Part shown: positions 20,126 through 28,790 of the stretch, piece by piece
How the letters are laid out: each line of letters begins with the position of its first letter
Position numbering within the stretch: position 1 is the stretch's first letter
From: an uncultured Haloferula sp.
Lineage (GTDB): Bacteria; Verrucomicrobiota; Verrucomicrobiia; Verrucomicrobiales; Akkermansiaceae
NCBI GenBank assembly: GCA_965652295.1
Contig: CBFGTS010000004.1
Location: 96,001 to 160,000, forward strand
Direction: 5' to 3'
DNA: 64,000 nt
The notes under the pieces: generated by a model
Told to the model about the DNA's origin: nothing
Databases searched by the model: none
The model's input: the letters and a program-made list of their open reading frames with translations, nothing else
Translations under genes and position numbers: made by a program

Positions 20126-23100
20126 TCAGGAGCCGGTGTGGAAGCTCAGGACGGTCGAGCGGGTCCTGGTGCCGAGGGCATCGGTGGCTTCGGCGGTGAC
20201 GCGGTGGCTGCCGGCGTCGATTTCCCAGACGGCCTCAAAAGGTGCGGTGTCGTCGGTGCCGATGATGTCGCCGCTGTCTTCGTCGCGGAACTCGACGAAA
20301 GTCACCGAGGCTTCGGTGCCGCTGGGGGCGGCGGTGAGCCGGACTTTGAAATCGAAGGGGTCGCCGCCCGGGATCACGCTACCTGCCGGGGGAGGCGCGA
20401 CCGGGCTCTCGTTGGTGAAATAGGCCGTGAAGCGCCCGCCTGCGGGGTTGACGGTGAAGGTGGAAAGGCTGTCGGTGGTGAAAATCCCGCCGTCGGAGTC
20501 TTTCCAGTTGATGAAATTGTGGCCGGTATTGGCGAGGGCCTTCAGGGTGAAGGTGACGCCCTCGGGCATCTCGGTGGTGGGAGTGACCTGGCCGGCGACC
20601 GTGCTGTTGGCGCGGGTGACGATAGGGTACTGCGGCTTGAGCCCGTTTTCGAGATCTCCGACACGGGGATCCCCGGCGAGTTCGCGGAACCCGGCGGCGA
20701 CGAATTTCGCCATCATCAGTGCCCCCATCTCCTGGAAATGGGTGCCGTCGGAGTTTCCGGTGGGATAGTTCGGATACTCACCGGCAGGGTAGGTGTTGTA
20801 AAAGAAGCGGGAGTTGGAACCGGCCGTGCGGACGCGGAAGAAGTCGAAGGACTTCAGGTTGAGATCGATGACCGGAACGTCGAGGGTCGCGGCCACTTCC
20901 TTCATCCAGCCGGCGTAATTGTTGCTGGATTCGGTGAAGACGTTGCGCATCGTCGAGCCGTTCCAGGCGTTCATGACCATGGGCGTGACGAAGACCGGGG
21001 TGACATCGAGCGCTCGGGCTTCGGCGATGTACTGGGCGAGGTAGGTGCGGAATTCGGTCTCGGTGGTGTATCTCTCCGGTTTGGTCCAGTCGCGGTCGTT
21101 GTGTCCCCATTGGATGAGAAGGTAGTCGCCGGACTGCAGCTCGGTTTTCAGGGTGTCCCAGCGGCCTTCCACGATGAAGCTCTTCGAGCTGCGTCCGCCG
21201 ATCGCGCGGTTGTGGATGGTGATTCTGGCGGGGTCGACGAAGTGCTGCATCACCTGACCCCAGCCTCTCATCGGGTAGGCGCTTGCGCTGTAGTTGGCCA
21301 CGGTGGAATCGCCGATGATGAAGATGCGGGCGGTTTCGTAGGGGGTGATTTCGGTGGTTGCCACCCGGACTACCGGGCCGTCGGTGGCGAGGAAACGGGC
21401 GGTGACGTCGAGGGCGTCGATGTTGGCGAGGTCGTTGCCGTTGCTTTCGAGGCGGATGGTGTTGGTCGCGGCTTGGGCGAGAGAAACCACGACGTCCATC
21501 GTACTCCATGAGTTCCAAGCACCGGTGGGCGGGAAGGTGATGTCGCGGGCGATGCCGTTGACGCGCAGCACTCCGGTGCGCGGGCCGGTGGCACCAAGGG
21601 CGAAGCGGAAGCTCAGGGTCGCCGGGCCGCCGACGCCGCCATCAATGCCGGTCCATTCGATGAACGACCCGGTGGTGTCGAAATTGATGAAGCCGGTTCC
21701 GCCAAACCCGCTGTGGTTGCTTTCCAGGAACCCCTCGAAATCGACGTCCTCCGCCTGCGAGGTGGTGGTGACTTCATACACCTGAGGAAACGTGGTGGAC
21801 GTGGTGAGGCGGAAGAACTCCTGGGCCGGTCCGGTGGCAGGGGCGAATTCCAGAGGCTCGCCTCCTGGAAAGGTTCCGAGGGGCGTCCAGGAAGCGAGGT
21901 CGGGCGAGCTTTCGAGCGTGTAGTCGAGCTCGGTGCGGACCGCGGGCAGGGTGACGAGCGGGCCTGCCGGCTGGGGCGCGACTTCGAGGCGATGGCCTTC
22001 CGTCAGACCGAAGGCGTATTCCTCGAAGAGCGTCGGGCCATTGCTGTCATGATCGAGATCCGGCGGCGAATCGGCGGACAGGCCGCGGTCGGTGAGCCAG
22101 GTGGCAAAGCGGCTCGCGGTGGGGGTGGGCGATCCCGCCGGAGGGATCACGGTGATTTCCGGGACGGGGGCCGCGCCCATGCCCTCGGCAAGATAGTAGC
22201 CGGGATGGGGCGGCTGGTTGTAACCGACGTTCTGCCAGGCGATCGCCAGGCGATACTGCCGGTCGTGCATCAAGGTTGGCAGGCGGTGTGGAGTCGGGTG
22301 GATGGTCGAGTAGACGCGCAGGGCGGAGTTGTCGCTTTCCCGCCAGATGATCTCTTCGCGCCAATCGCCGAAGAGGTCGGCGCTGAGCGCGGGTGTGGCT
22401 TTGGAGCCATTGTTGGAGGAGATGCCGGTCGGCGAAAGCAAGTTGGCGGTGGCGCTGTTTTCCCAATCCCACTTGGCGATGGTGGTTCCGTTGAGGAGCT
22501 CGCGCAGCAGGTCGCCATCCCACCAGCAGAGGAAGTTCATCGAGCCCGGCCGGGTGGAGGCGATCTCGCTTCCCTGCATGTCGTGGAGATTGGCGCGGGA
22601 CGACCACGCTTCGAAGCCGGGGGTGCGAGGATCGATGTCGGCGGCGATGCCGCGGCCGATGTCGTCCGAGGCCGCGACGCCGAAGATGATCTCGCCGGTG
22701 GCCGCGTCGTGGAGTTCCGAGCCGTTTTCCCCGTAAGAACTTGGCGATTCGTGCACCATCCAGACTTCCATGCCCGGCCGTGTGGGGTCCATGTCGGAAA
22801 GATGGAGGGCGTCGCCGTGGGCGAGGCCGGTCGAGTAAAGCCCGCTGCCGTCGTCGTCGATGGTGCAGGCCCCGAAGACGATCTCATCGCGCCCGTCGTC
22901 ATCCACATCACCGACGGTGAGGCTGTGCGCCCCCTGCCCGGCGTACGCGCTGTTGCCGCTGACGTTGCTGTCGAAAACCCAGCGTCGCGTCAGATTTCCC
23001 TCCCGCCAGTCCCAGGCCACGAGGAAGGTCCGCGTGTAATAGCCACGGGTCATCACCAGGCTCGGGCGGGTGCCATCCAGATAGGCGGCACCCGCGAGGA

Positions 23101-24088
23101 AGCGGTCGATGCGGTTACCGTAGTTGTCGCCCCACACCTGCTGGATGCGGGAAGTGGAGGGCGAGGCGTTGCTGTTATCGGGATCGCGGAGAGGGACGAA
23201 ATTTGTTGAGACCAGTTCGGCTCCGGTTTCCCCATCGAAGAAGGTCAGGAACTCAGGGCCGGACAGAATGTAGCCGCCGCCGGTGCGGTAGTCGTCGGTC
23301 GGGGAAAACGAAGGTCGCGCGGGGCCGCCGGCGTCCTGCCAACGGACGGGATCGCCGATGGCTTGGCCGAGCCCATCGAGGGCACCCGGCGCGGTGCGGC
23401 AGGCGAGTTCAGCGCGGCCATCGCCGTCGAAGTCATAGGCGATGAACTGGGTGTAGTGGGCACCGGCGCGGATGTTCGGGCCGAGATCGAGCCGCCACAA
23501 CCGGCTCCCATCGAGCTGATAGGCGTCGATCAACACGCTACCGGTGTAGCCGCTCTGGGAGTTGTCCTTCGCATTGGACGGGTCCCATTTCAGAATGATC
23601 TCGTAGCGGCCGTCGCCATCAAGATCGGCCGCCGAGGCATCGCCAGCGGTGTAGGTGTAGTCTCCCACCAACGGATCGGAGACCGCCGCAGGTGGATCGA
23701 GCGGAATCCGCAGGTATTCGAAAGGAGCGCTTCCGGCAGGGATCGTGGCTGCCTCGCTGGTCTCGTCCGCCCGGCCCCCGGCGACGGCTCGCACGCGGTA
23801 ACTGATGGTGTGCGAGGAGTCGGCGGTGGGATCGATGTAGGAAGTTGGCCCGATGAGGGGGAAATCGGTGATCCGCTCCGCCGCGCCGCCATCGATGCTG
23901 CGGTACACGTGGAAGGTTGTCTCCGGCGGGTCGGTTCCGAGCAGCCGCCAGCCGAGCATCACCCGCCCGTCGTCGAGCCGCATGGCGATGAGGCCGCGGT
24001 CGAGAAACTCCATCTGATGGGCGGCATGCACTGTCGCGACGGAAAGGCAGGCCGCCGCGCAGAGGATCGGGCGGAGGGGGAGGAACAT
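20126..24088 (-). CDS. Multimodular PL11 rhamnogalacturonan lyase + CBM35-like + CE12 (GDSL) rhamnogalacturonan acetylesterase + Ig-like domain
   Basis: PL11 motifs (MEFLDRGL, LGPNIRAGAHYTQF, YRLAIAWQNVGYNQPPH); QAED...GFGGTGFINF...TGAW; IGDSTV, GWGQ, GGRSSKSF, QWGHND and DGTH. Confidence 0.9.
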   Translation of the reverse strand: MFLPLRPILCAAACLSVATVHAAHQMEFLDRGLIAMRLDDGRVMLGWRLLGTDPPETTFHVYRSIDGGAAERITDFPLIGPTSYIDPTADSSHTISYRVRAVAGGRADETSEAATIPAGSAPFEYLRIPLDPPAAVSDPLVGDYTYTAGDASAADLDGDGRYEIILKWDPSNAKDNSQSGYTGSVLIDAYQLDGSRLWRLDLGPNIRAGAHYTQFIAYDFDGDGRAELACRTAPGALDGLGQAIGDPVRWQDAGGPARPSFSPTDDYRTGGGYILSGPEFLTFFDGETGAELVSTNFVPLRDPDNSNASPSTSRIQQVWGDNYGNRIDRFLAGAAYLDGTRPSLVMTRGYYTRTFLVAWDWREGNLTRRWVFDSNVSGNSAYAGQGAHSLTVGDVDDDGRDEIVFGACTIDDDGSGLYSTGLAHGDALHLSDMDPTRPGMEVWMVHESPSSYGENGSELHDAATGEIIFGVAASDDIGRGIAADIDPRTPGFEAWSSRANLHDMQGSEIASTRPGSMNFLCWWDGDLLRELLNGTTIAKWDWENSATANLLSPTGISSNNGSKATPALSADLFGDWREEIIWRESDNSALRVYSTIHPTPHRLPTLMHDRQYRLAIAWQNVGYNQPPHPGYYLAEGMGAAPVPEITVIPPAGSPTPTASRFATWLTDRGLSADSPPDLDHDSNGPTLFEEYAFGLTEGHRLEVAPQPAGPLVTLPAVRTELDYTLESSPDLASWTPLGTFPGGEPLEFAPATGPAQEFFRLTTSTTFPQVYEVTTTSQAEDVDFEGFLESNHSGFGGTGFINFDTTGSFIEWTGIDGGVGGPATLSFRFALGATGPRTGVLRVNGIARDITFPPTGAWNSWSTMDVVVSLAQAATNTIRLESNGNDLANIDALDVTARFLATDGPVVRVATTEITPYETARIFIIGDSTVANYSASAYPMRGWGQVMQHFVDPARITIHNRAIGGRSSKSFIVEGRWDTLKTELQSGDYLLIQWGHNDRDWTKPERYTTETEFRTYLAQYIAEARALDVTPVFVTPMVMNAWNGSTMRNVFTESSNNYAGWMKEVAATLDVPVIDLNLKSFDFFRVRTAGSNSRFFYNTYPAGEYPNYPTGNSDGTHFQEMGALMMAKFVAAGFRELAGDPRVGDLENGLKPQYPIVTRANSTVAGQVTPTTEMPEGVTFTLKALANTGHNFINWKDSDGGIFTTDSLSTFTVNPAGGRFTAYFTNESPVAPPPAGSVIPGGDPFDFKVRLTAAPSGTEASVTFVEFRDEDSGDIIGTDDTAPFEAVWEIDAGSHRVTAEATDALGTRTRSTVLSFHTGS

Positions 24089-24166
24089 GGGTTTGCCAAC
24101 CAAGTTGACAGCGATCCCTTCTTTGGTCCTTCCCCCAAAAAGGTTAGCGCGGGAGATGGGCCGAGG

Positions 24167-27094
24167 CTATTCCTCCTCGACGCGGAAGAACCCCTTCGGC
24201 GCGCCATCGAGTGGCGGGGGGAAGCCGAAGGTGTGCTCCGTGGTGATGCCTTGGGAATCGACGCCGGTAGCGGCCTCATAGGGGAAGCTCATGAGGTCGC
24301 TGGATGCGGCGATGCGATAGGTCCTGCCGGGGGAGGAGGACCACTCAAGCGTCGCGGAGCCCGACTCGAAGATGTAGGACTGGATCTTCGGCTCGTTCTC
24401 AAGCAGACCGAGCACGCTGGTGCTGAAGCTGGTGTAGGTACTGTAGGTGCCGTGGAACCAGAGGAGCGAGCGGTCGTAGCCGTGGTCCGCAGGGACAATC
24501 GGACGAAGGTTGTCGGCGGGCGACGCGGTGGTGAGCTGCTCCCATTCGAAGGTGAGCCCGCCATCGGGGGTGACGCCGCGCCAAATCTCGTAGCGTTCGT
24601 TCTGGCGCAACGGCACGGTGCTGATGCTGGACAGATCGAAGGGATTCGCGGCGTTCGACGAGATGTAGATGACATTCGGATTCTCCGGATCGATCGTCAT
24701 GCCGCCGCCGTAATCGTCTTCTCCGGAATAGAGCGGTCGACCGGCCTGGGCGATGAAGCGTTTCTGCCATTCCGTGCCGGTCCAGCGGGCGTAGTAGTAG
24801 TAGATGCGGTCGTGGTTCCAGCCGCTGCCGGTGACGTTGTCCACCTGCACCTGGAAGACGCAGACGGGGTGGCCGTCTTTTCCGTAGTGGACGTCCCAGG
24901 TCCAGCCGCGGCCGGTAGGAATCCAGTCGTCGGGTCCGTCGCCGGGGCCCCAGGCGCTGTTGGAGTATTGGTAGATCACGGACCCGCGCTCGCCGGCCTC
25001 ATGATCGAGCGGGAGGTTGTCGTAGGCGTCGATGACCGTGCCGTCGGTCTTCAGGAAGTTTCCGCCCTGATAGTACATGTGGTAAACGGAGTTGTTCACG
25101 TCGCGCGGGTGACCATCGGTATAGATGAGGTCGATGCGGTTGGTGCCGTTCGAGCAGTAGCGGGGATAGGGTCGGACGCCGCCGGCACCCACGCTGATGA
25201 ACTGGACGGAAGGGAGCCACGAATTCCCCAGGTCATCGGAGACGGTGATCGTGGGATTGAAGTTGATGCACCGGTGGAAGTTGTAGATCCGGTTCGACTC
25301 GTCGCTCAGCAGGTAGGTGTTGTTGTAGGTGTTGTTCGCCGGGACGGTGCGGGGGATCTCCGGACCCCAGTCCGCGAGGGTCGAGGGCAGGGGGACGAGG
25401 GAAGTGCGTTGGTAGAAGCGCGGCTCGGCGATGTGCTTGGTGTAAAGTGCGAGCAGCTTTCCATCCGGAAGAACGGTGATGGAGGGGTTGTTGTGATCGT
25501 CCTGCTGCCTTGAGGCGCTGGTGCTGATGATCATGTCGTAGCTGGTGTTCGTATCCGGGTCGTAGCGGGTGATCCCGTACTGCCCGTCGCCCTTCACGTA
25601 GCCGGCGAAAAGCGAGCCTTGGTGGAAGATGGCGCGCTCGTCGTTGAACCAGGTCCACGCGCCGTCTGGAGCGATCGGCAACGCGTTGCCGGGCAGCGGC
25701 GGGACGGAACCCGCATCGAGCGGATCGGAGTCTGCCTGGATTTCCGCGAAATCGCTGTGGCTGTCGCCGTCGGTGTCGACGAGGTAGGGATCGGTGCCGG
25801 CGGTTTCCTCTTCGGCGTTGGTGAGGCCGTCGCCGTCTTCATCGGCTTCGGGTTCGAGCGCGATGGCGGTCTTGTAGCCGACTCCGTCGTACCAGACCCG
25901 GCCGCCTTCGCCGATGCCGGCGACGTCGTCGATGTAGATGGTGAGATTGCCCGAGGTATCGCTGGTGAATTTGCCGAGCGAGGCCTGGCGCAGGACCCGG
26001 TTGCCTTCGGTGAGGAGCGGGCTTGTCGCGAAGTCACCGGCGGCGGCTTCGGGGGCGATGGTGGCGGTGCCGCCGGCGTTGTCGGTGGCGGCGAAATTCG
26101 TCAGCGGCGAGGAGGGTAGGAAATCGTCGGCGGGAGCGGCGGGGGAGCCATTGTCATTGATGTCGGCCAGATCACCGGAAGCCTTGAGACGCCAGTTGCG
26201 ACCGTCGTTCCAGAAGTAGGCGTAGAGGACGTAGTCGGTCTCGGGATCAAGGCCGGTGATGGTGGTGGCGAGGAGGGGGGCGTCCTCGCCGCCATCGGCG
26301 TTCGATTCAAGGACGTTGCTGTTGTTGCCGAGCGAACGGGTCTCCCAGTTGTTGTCGATCGTGGTGTTGCCCTCGGCCGCCGGGGTGAAGGTCGAGCCAT
26401 CCCAGCGGACGGTGTTCGAAAGAGAGGCATCGAGATAGGTGATGGGGTTGCCCGGCGGGGGAGTGGTGGTGGATTCGTAGGAAATGCCGTCATACCAGGT
26501 CCGGTTGTTGGCGGAAATGGTGGGTGGGAGGTCGTCGATGAAGACCGCGATTTCACCGCTGCCGTCTGCGATGGCGGTGCCGATCAGCCCGGCGTACATG
26601 GTGCGGTCGCTCTCCACGAAAACGGTAGGAGCGATGTCGTAGGAGAGTCCGCTGGCCGCAGTTCCCGCGGTGGCTCCCAGGTCCGGGGCGTCGGCCGGGT
26701 TGGCGAAGATGGTGTTGGTGTCGGCGGCGGAGGTGAATCCGGCCCGGACGCTCCAGTCGGGATCCGTGCCACTGCCGTCCCAGAAGTGGACATAGACGGT
26801 GTATTCCGTGCCGGGCGTGAGACCGCCGATCGTGGTCTTCAGCTCGGGCGCGTTTTCCACCGCTTCTCCGCCGGATTCATAGATGGTGCCCGCCGATGCG
26901 AACCCCGTGCGTTGTTCCCACTGGTTGTCGGCACCGGTGGTGCCGTTGAGGGGTGGCTCGAACGTGCTGCCGTCCGCCAAGGTGGTGTTGCCGCTGGCAC
27001 CGGCCGTGGCATCGACGTAGGTCAGGCCAGCGAGAATGGTGGAGCAAGGCAGCAGGGTGAGGCTGGCTGTGATGAGGCGAAGAGATCTGAACAT
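24167..27094 (-). CDS. Secreted BNR-4 repeat (beta-propeller) putative glycan-active protein
   Basis: Signal peptide; two related N-terminal beta-sandwich-like repeats ending RTWYDG and RVWYDG; GAWTWFNDERA, DDHNNPS, RPYPRY and DNLRP; C-terminal FFRV domain. Confidence 0.75.
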   Translation of the reverse strand: MFRSLRLITASLTLLPCSTILAGLTYVDATAGASGNTTLADGSTFEPPLNGTTGADNQWEQRTGFASAGTIYESGGEAVENAPELKTTIGGLTPGTEYTVYVHFWDGSGTDPDWSVRAGFTSAADTNTIFANPADAPDLGATAGTAASGLSYDIAPTVFVESDRTMYAGLIGTAIADGSGEIAVFIDDLPPTISANNRTWYDGISYESTTTPPPGNPITYLDASLSNTVRWDGSTFTPAAEGNTTIDNNWETRSLGNNSNVLESNADGGEDAPLLATTITGLDPETDYVLYAYFWNDGRNWRLKASGDLADINDNGSPAAPADDFLPSSPLTNFAATDNAGGTATIAPEAAAGDFATSPLLTEGNRVLRQASLGKFTSDTSGNLTIYIDDVAGIGEGGRVWYDGVGYKTAIALEPEADEDGDGLTNAEEETAGTDPYLVDTDGDSHSDFAEIQADSDPLDAGSVPPLPGNALPIAPDGAWTWFNDERAIFHQGSLFAGYVKGDGQYGITRYDPDTNTSYDMIISTSASRQQDDHNNPSITVLPDGKLLALYTKHIAEPRFYQRTSLVPLPSTLADWGPEIPRTVPANNTYNNTYLLSDESNRIYNFHRCINFNPTITVSDDLGNSWLPSVQFISVGAGGVRPYPRYCSNGTNRIDLIYTDGHPRDVNNSVYHMYYQGGNFLKTDGTVIDAYDNLPLDHEAGERGSVIYQYSNSAWGPGDGPDDWIPTGRGWTWDVHYGKDGHPVCVFQVQVDNVTGSGWNHDRIYYYYARWTGTEWQKRFIAQAGRPLYSGEDDYGGGMTIDPENPNVIYISSNAANPFDLSSISTVPLRQNERYEIWRGVTPDGGLTFEWEQLTTASPADNLRPIVPADHGYDRSLLWFHGTYSTYTSFSTSVLGLLENEPKIQSYIFESGSATLEWSSSPGRTYRIAASSDLMSFPYEAATGVDSQGITTEHTFGFPPPLDGAPKGFFRVEEE

Positions 27095-27237
27095 CGGTGT
27101 GGTGGTGAGACGGAGAGATGGCCCAGACGCCACCGGAGCACCGGATGGGGCCGATGGAGCTGATGGGAAACCGGCCCGGGCGTTTCGACCCGGAAGAAGT
27201 CGCGACGGAGATGGAGGGCCGGATGGGCCGAGGACAG

Positions 27238-27272
27238 AAAGCCCGGGGACGATGCTTGATCCTCCCCGGGCT
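27238..27272 (-). terminator. Intrinsic terminator after PEP-CTERM gene
   Basis: AAAGCCCGGGGA...TCCCCGGGCT. Confidence 0.65.
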
Positions 27273-27288
27273 GGGTGAAGGGGTTGAA

Positions 27289-28026
27289 TCAGCGACGGCG
27301 GCGCAGGAGGCCAAACAGGCCAAGGCCACCGAGGAGCGCGATGGACGGCTCGGGGATAGGAGCCACCGTGCCGTTGACCACGATGTTGTCGAAGCGGAGC
27401 TGTTGATCACCGGACGACAGGTCGTCCGAACCGACGAGGCGGAAATACAGCGTCGAGGAGCTGGAAACGGTGGAGTTGAGACTCCCATTGGTGACCGGAC
27501 CCCAGCGGCTGTTGTCATTGCCGGTGCCACTGTTGGTGGCGCTGAAAACGGACGACTGGGCGAGCACGTTGTTGAACGCGGAGTCGGATGCGACGATCAT
27601 CTTGGTGTAAACCGTGTAAGGTGTGGAGTTGATCGACCCATCGTAGGAAAGAAATTGCCAGGTCACGGCGTTGCTCAGATCGAGCGTAATTGCCTGTCCC
27701 ACGTCGGGAGTGAGGTTGAAATTGACCACGTGGTCTGAGACTGCGGGGGCTGCGGTGTTACTGATGCTCGCGCCAAAGGTGAAGACCGAGCGTGTTCCCT
27801 CGATCGGATTCAAGCCCGAGGTGCCTCCACCGGTTTGACTCGAGCTGGTGGGATAGGTCAGCGTGGCGCTGGAGGCGGTCAAACCACTGGCGGGGGAGCT
27901 GACGTCGCCCGGAGACGAACTGTTGTTGAAGCCATATTGGGCAAGGACAGCCGCAGAGGCCGGAGTGCTGACCAGTGAAACGAAGGCGAGAGCCGACCAG
28001 GACGAGCGAGGGAAGGGGTTCTTCAT
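27289..28026 (-). CDS. PEP-CTERM sorting domain protein (Ser/Thr-rich)
   Basis: Signal peptide; C-terminal IPEPS, TM helix and RRRR. Confidence 0.9.
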   Translation of the reverse strand: MKNPFPRSSWSALAFVSLVSTPASAAVLAQYGFNNSSSPGDVSSPASGLTASSATLTYPTSSSQTGGGTSGLNPIEGTRSVFTFGASISNTAAPAVSDHVVNFNLTPDVGQAITLDLSNAVTWQFLSYDGSINSTPYTVYTKMIVASDSAFNNVLAQSSVFSATNSGTGNDNSRWGPVTNGSLNSTVSSSSTLYFRLVGSDDLSSGDQQLRFDNIVVNGTVAPIPEPSIALLGGLGLFGLLRRRR

Positions 28027-28117
28027 GTTTGATGTCGATAGGTGAGTGGAGTCAGGATGGAGTCGGGATGCCGCTCAAACGCCGGAAATGGGCTTGATGA
28101 CGGCTTCCATGCCACCT

Positions 28118-28145
28118 GATGAGAGCGAGGGCGGTTTCCTTAGCA
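28118..28145 (-). promoter_or_regulatory. Putative ECF promoter (TGCTAAG-N17-CATC) facing the PEP-CTERM gene
   Basis: Minus strand TGCTAAG-GAAACCGCCCTCGCTCT-CATC. Confidence 0.65.
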
Positions 28146-28174
28146 AAAGTCGGTGGGACTTTTTTTCGTGGGGG

Positions 28175-28202
28175 TGCTAAGATTTCAGCTGATCCGGACA
28201 TC
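28175..28202 (+). promoter_or_regulatory. Putative ECF autoregulatory promoter (TGCTAAG-N17-CATC)
   Basis: Plus strand TGCTAAG-ATTTCAGCTGATCCGGA-CATC, 4 nt before the sigma ATG at 28207. Confidence 0.65.
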
Positions 28203-28206
28203 GGTG

Positions 28207-28782
28207 ATGAAGATGAGGAGGGAAGGAAACGCCAACGAGACGGGAGCCGACAGGTTTCAGAGTCACGCTGGCGGGGAGGCGGTCGCCGAGGTCCACGCCT
28301 TGTTCATCCGGCACATCGACGTCATCCGTGGATTCATCCGCGGGCTGCTGCGGGATCAATCACTGGCGGATGATGTGCTGCAGGAGACCTTTCTCACGGT
28401 CGCTCGGAAAGCGTCGGACTACGAACCGGGCACCAGCTTTCCCCGTTGGGCGTGCGCGGTCGCGCGGTTCAAGGTGCTGGAAATGACGCGCCGCGAGTCG
28501 GGTAACCTGAGGTTTTTCTCGGGCGAGACTCTGGAGGCGCTCGCGGCGAGTCATTCACCCGAAGCCGAGGACATGCGGCTGCATTTCCTGGACGGCTGCG
28601 TGCGGGAGCTGCCGCCGACGATGCGGAATATGGTCGAGCGGCGCTACGTGGGTGAGCAGAAGCCGGCGGAGATCGCCCGTGAAGTAGGCTGGACGGTGGA
28701 ATCGGTATACGTGACGCTGTCGCGCGCCCGGGTTGCGATCCGGGAGTGCTTGCGGATGAAACTTCGCGAAGCGAACGACTGA
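28207..28782 (+). CDS. ECF sigma-70 factor (Planctomycete/Verrucomicrobia type)
   Basis: ADDVLQETFL, FPRWACAVARFKVL and SVYVTLSRAR; followed by a FecR gene. Confidence 0.9.
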   Translation: MKMRREGNANETGADRFQSHAGGEAVAEVHALFIRHIDVIRGFIRGLLRDQSLADDVLQETFLTVARKASDYEPGTSFPRWACAVARFKVLEMTRRESGNLRFFSGETLEALAASHSPEAEDMRLHFLDGCVRELPPTMRNMVERRYVGEQKPAEIAREVGWTVESVYVTLSRARVAIRECLRMKLREAND

Positions 28783-28790
28783 CCCCCCCG

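Noticed and set aside
24122..24150. Third copy of the ECF promoter upstream of the large PL11 gene (GCTAAC-N17-CAAA on -)
   Set aside because: Both elements mismatch the TGCTAAG/CATC pair; insufficient support.
23363..25513. Long antisense ORFs (716 aa here; also 41749-43884, 57872-59899, 61444-63111, 13158-14732)
   Set aside because: Shadow ORFs opposite well-supported genes, expected in high-GC DNA, with no recognisable motifs.
27115..27235. GATGGG-rich short repeats (similar run at ~46830-46858)
   Set aside because: Too short and degenerate to define a repeat family from this window alone.
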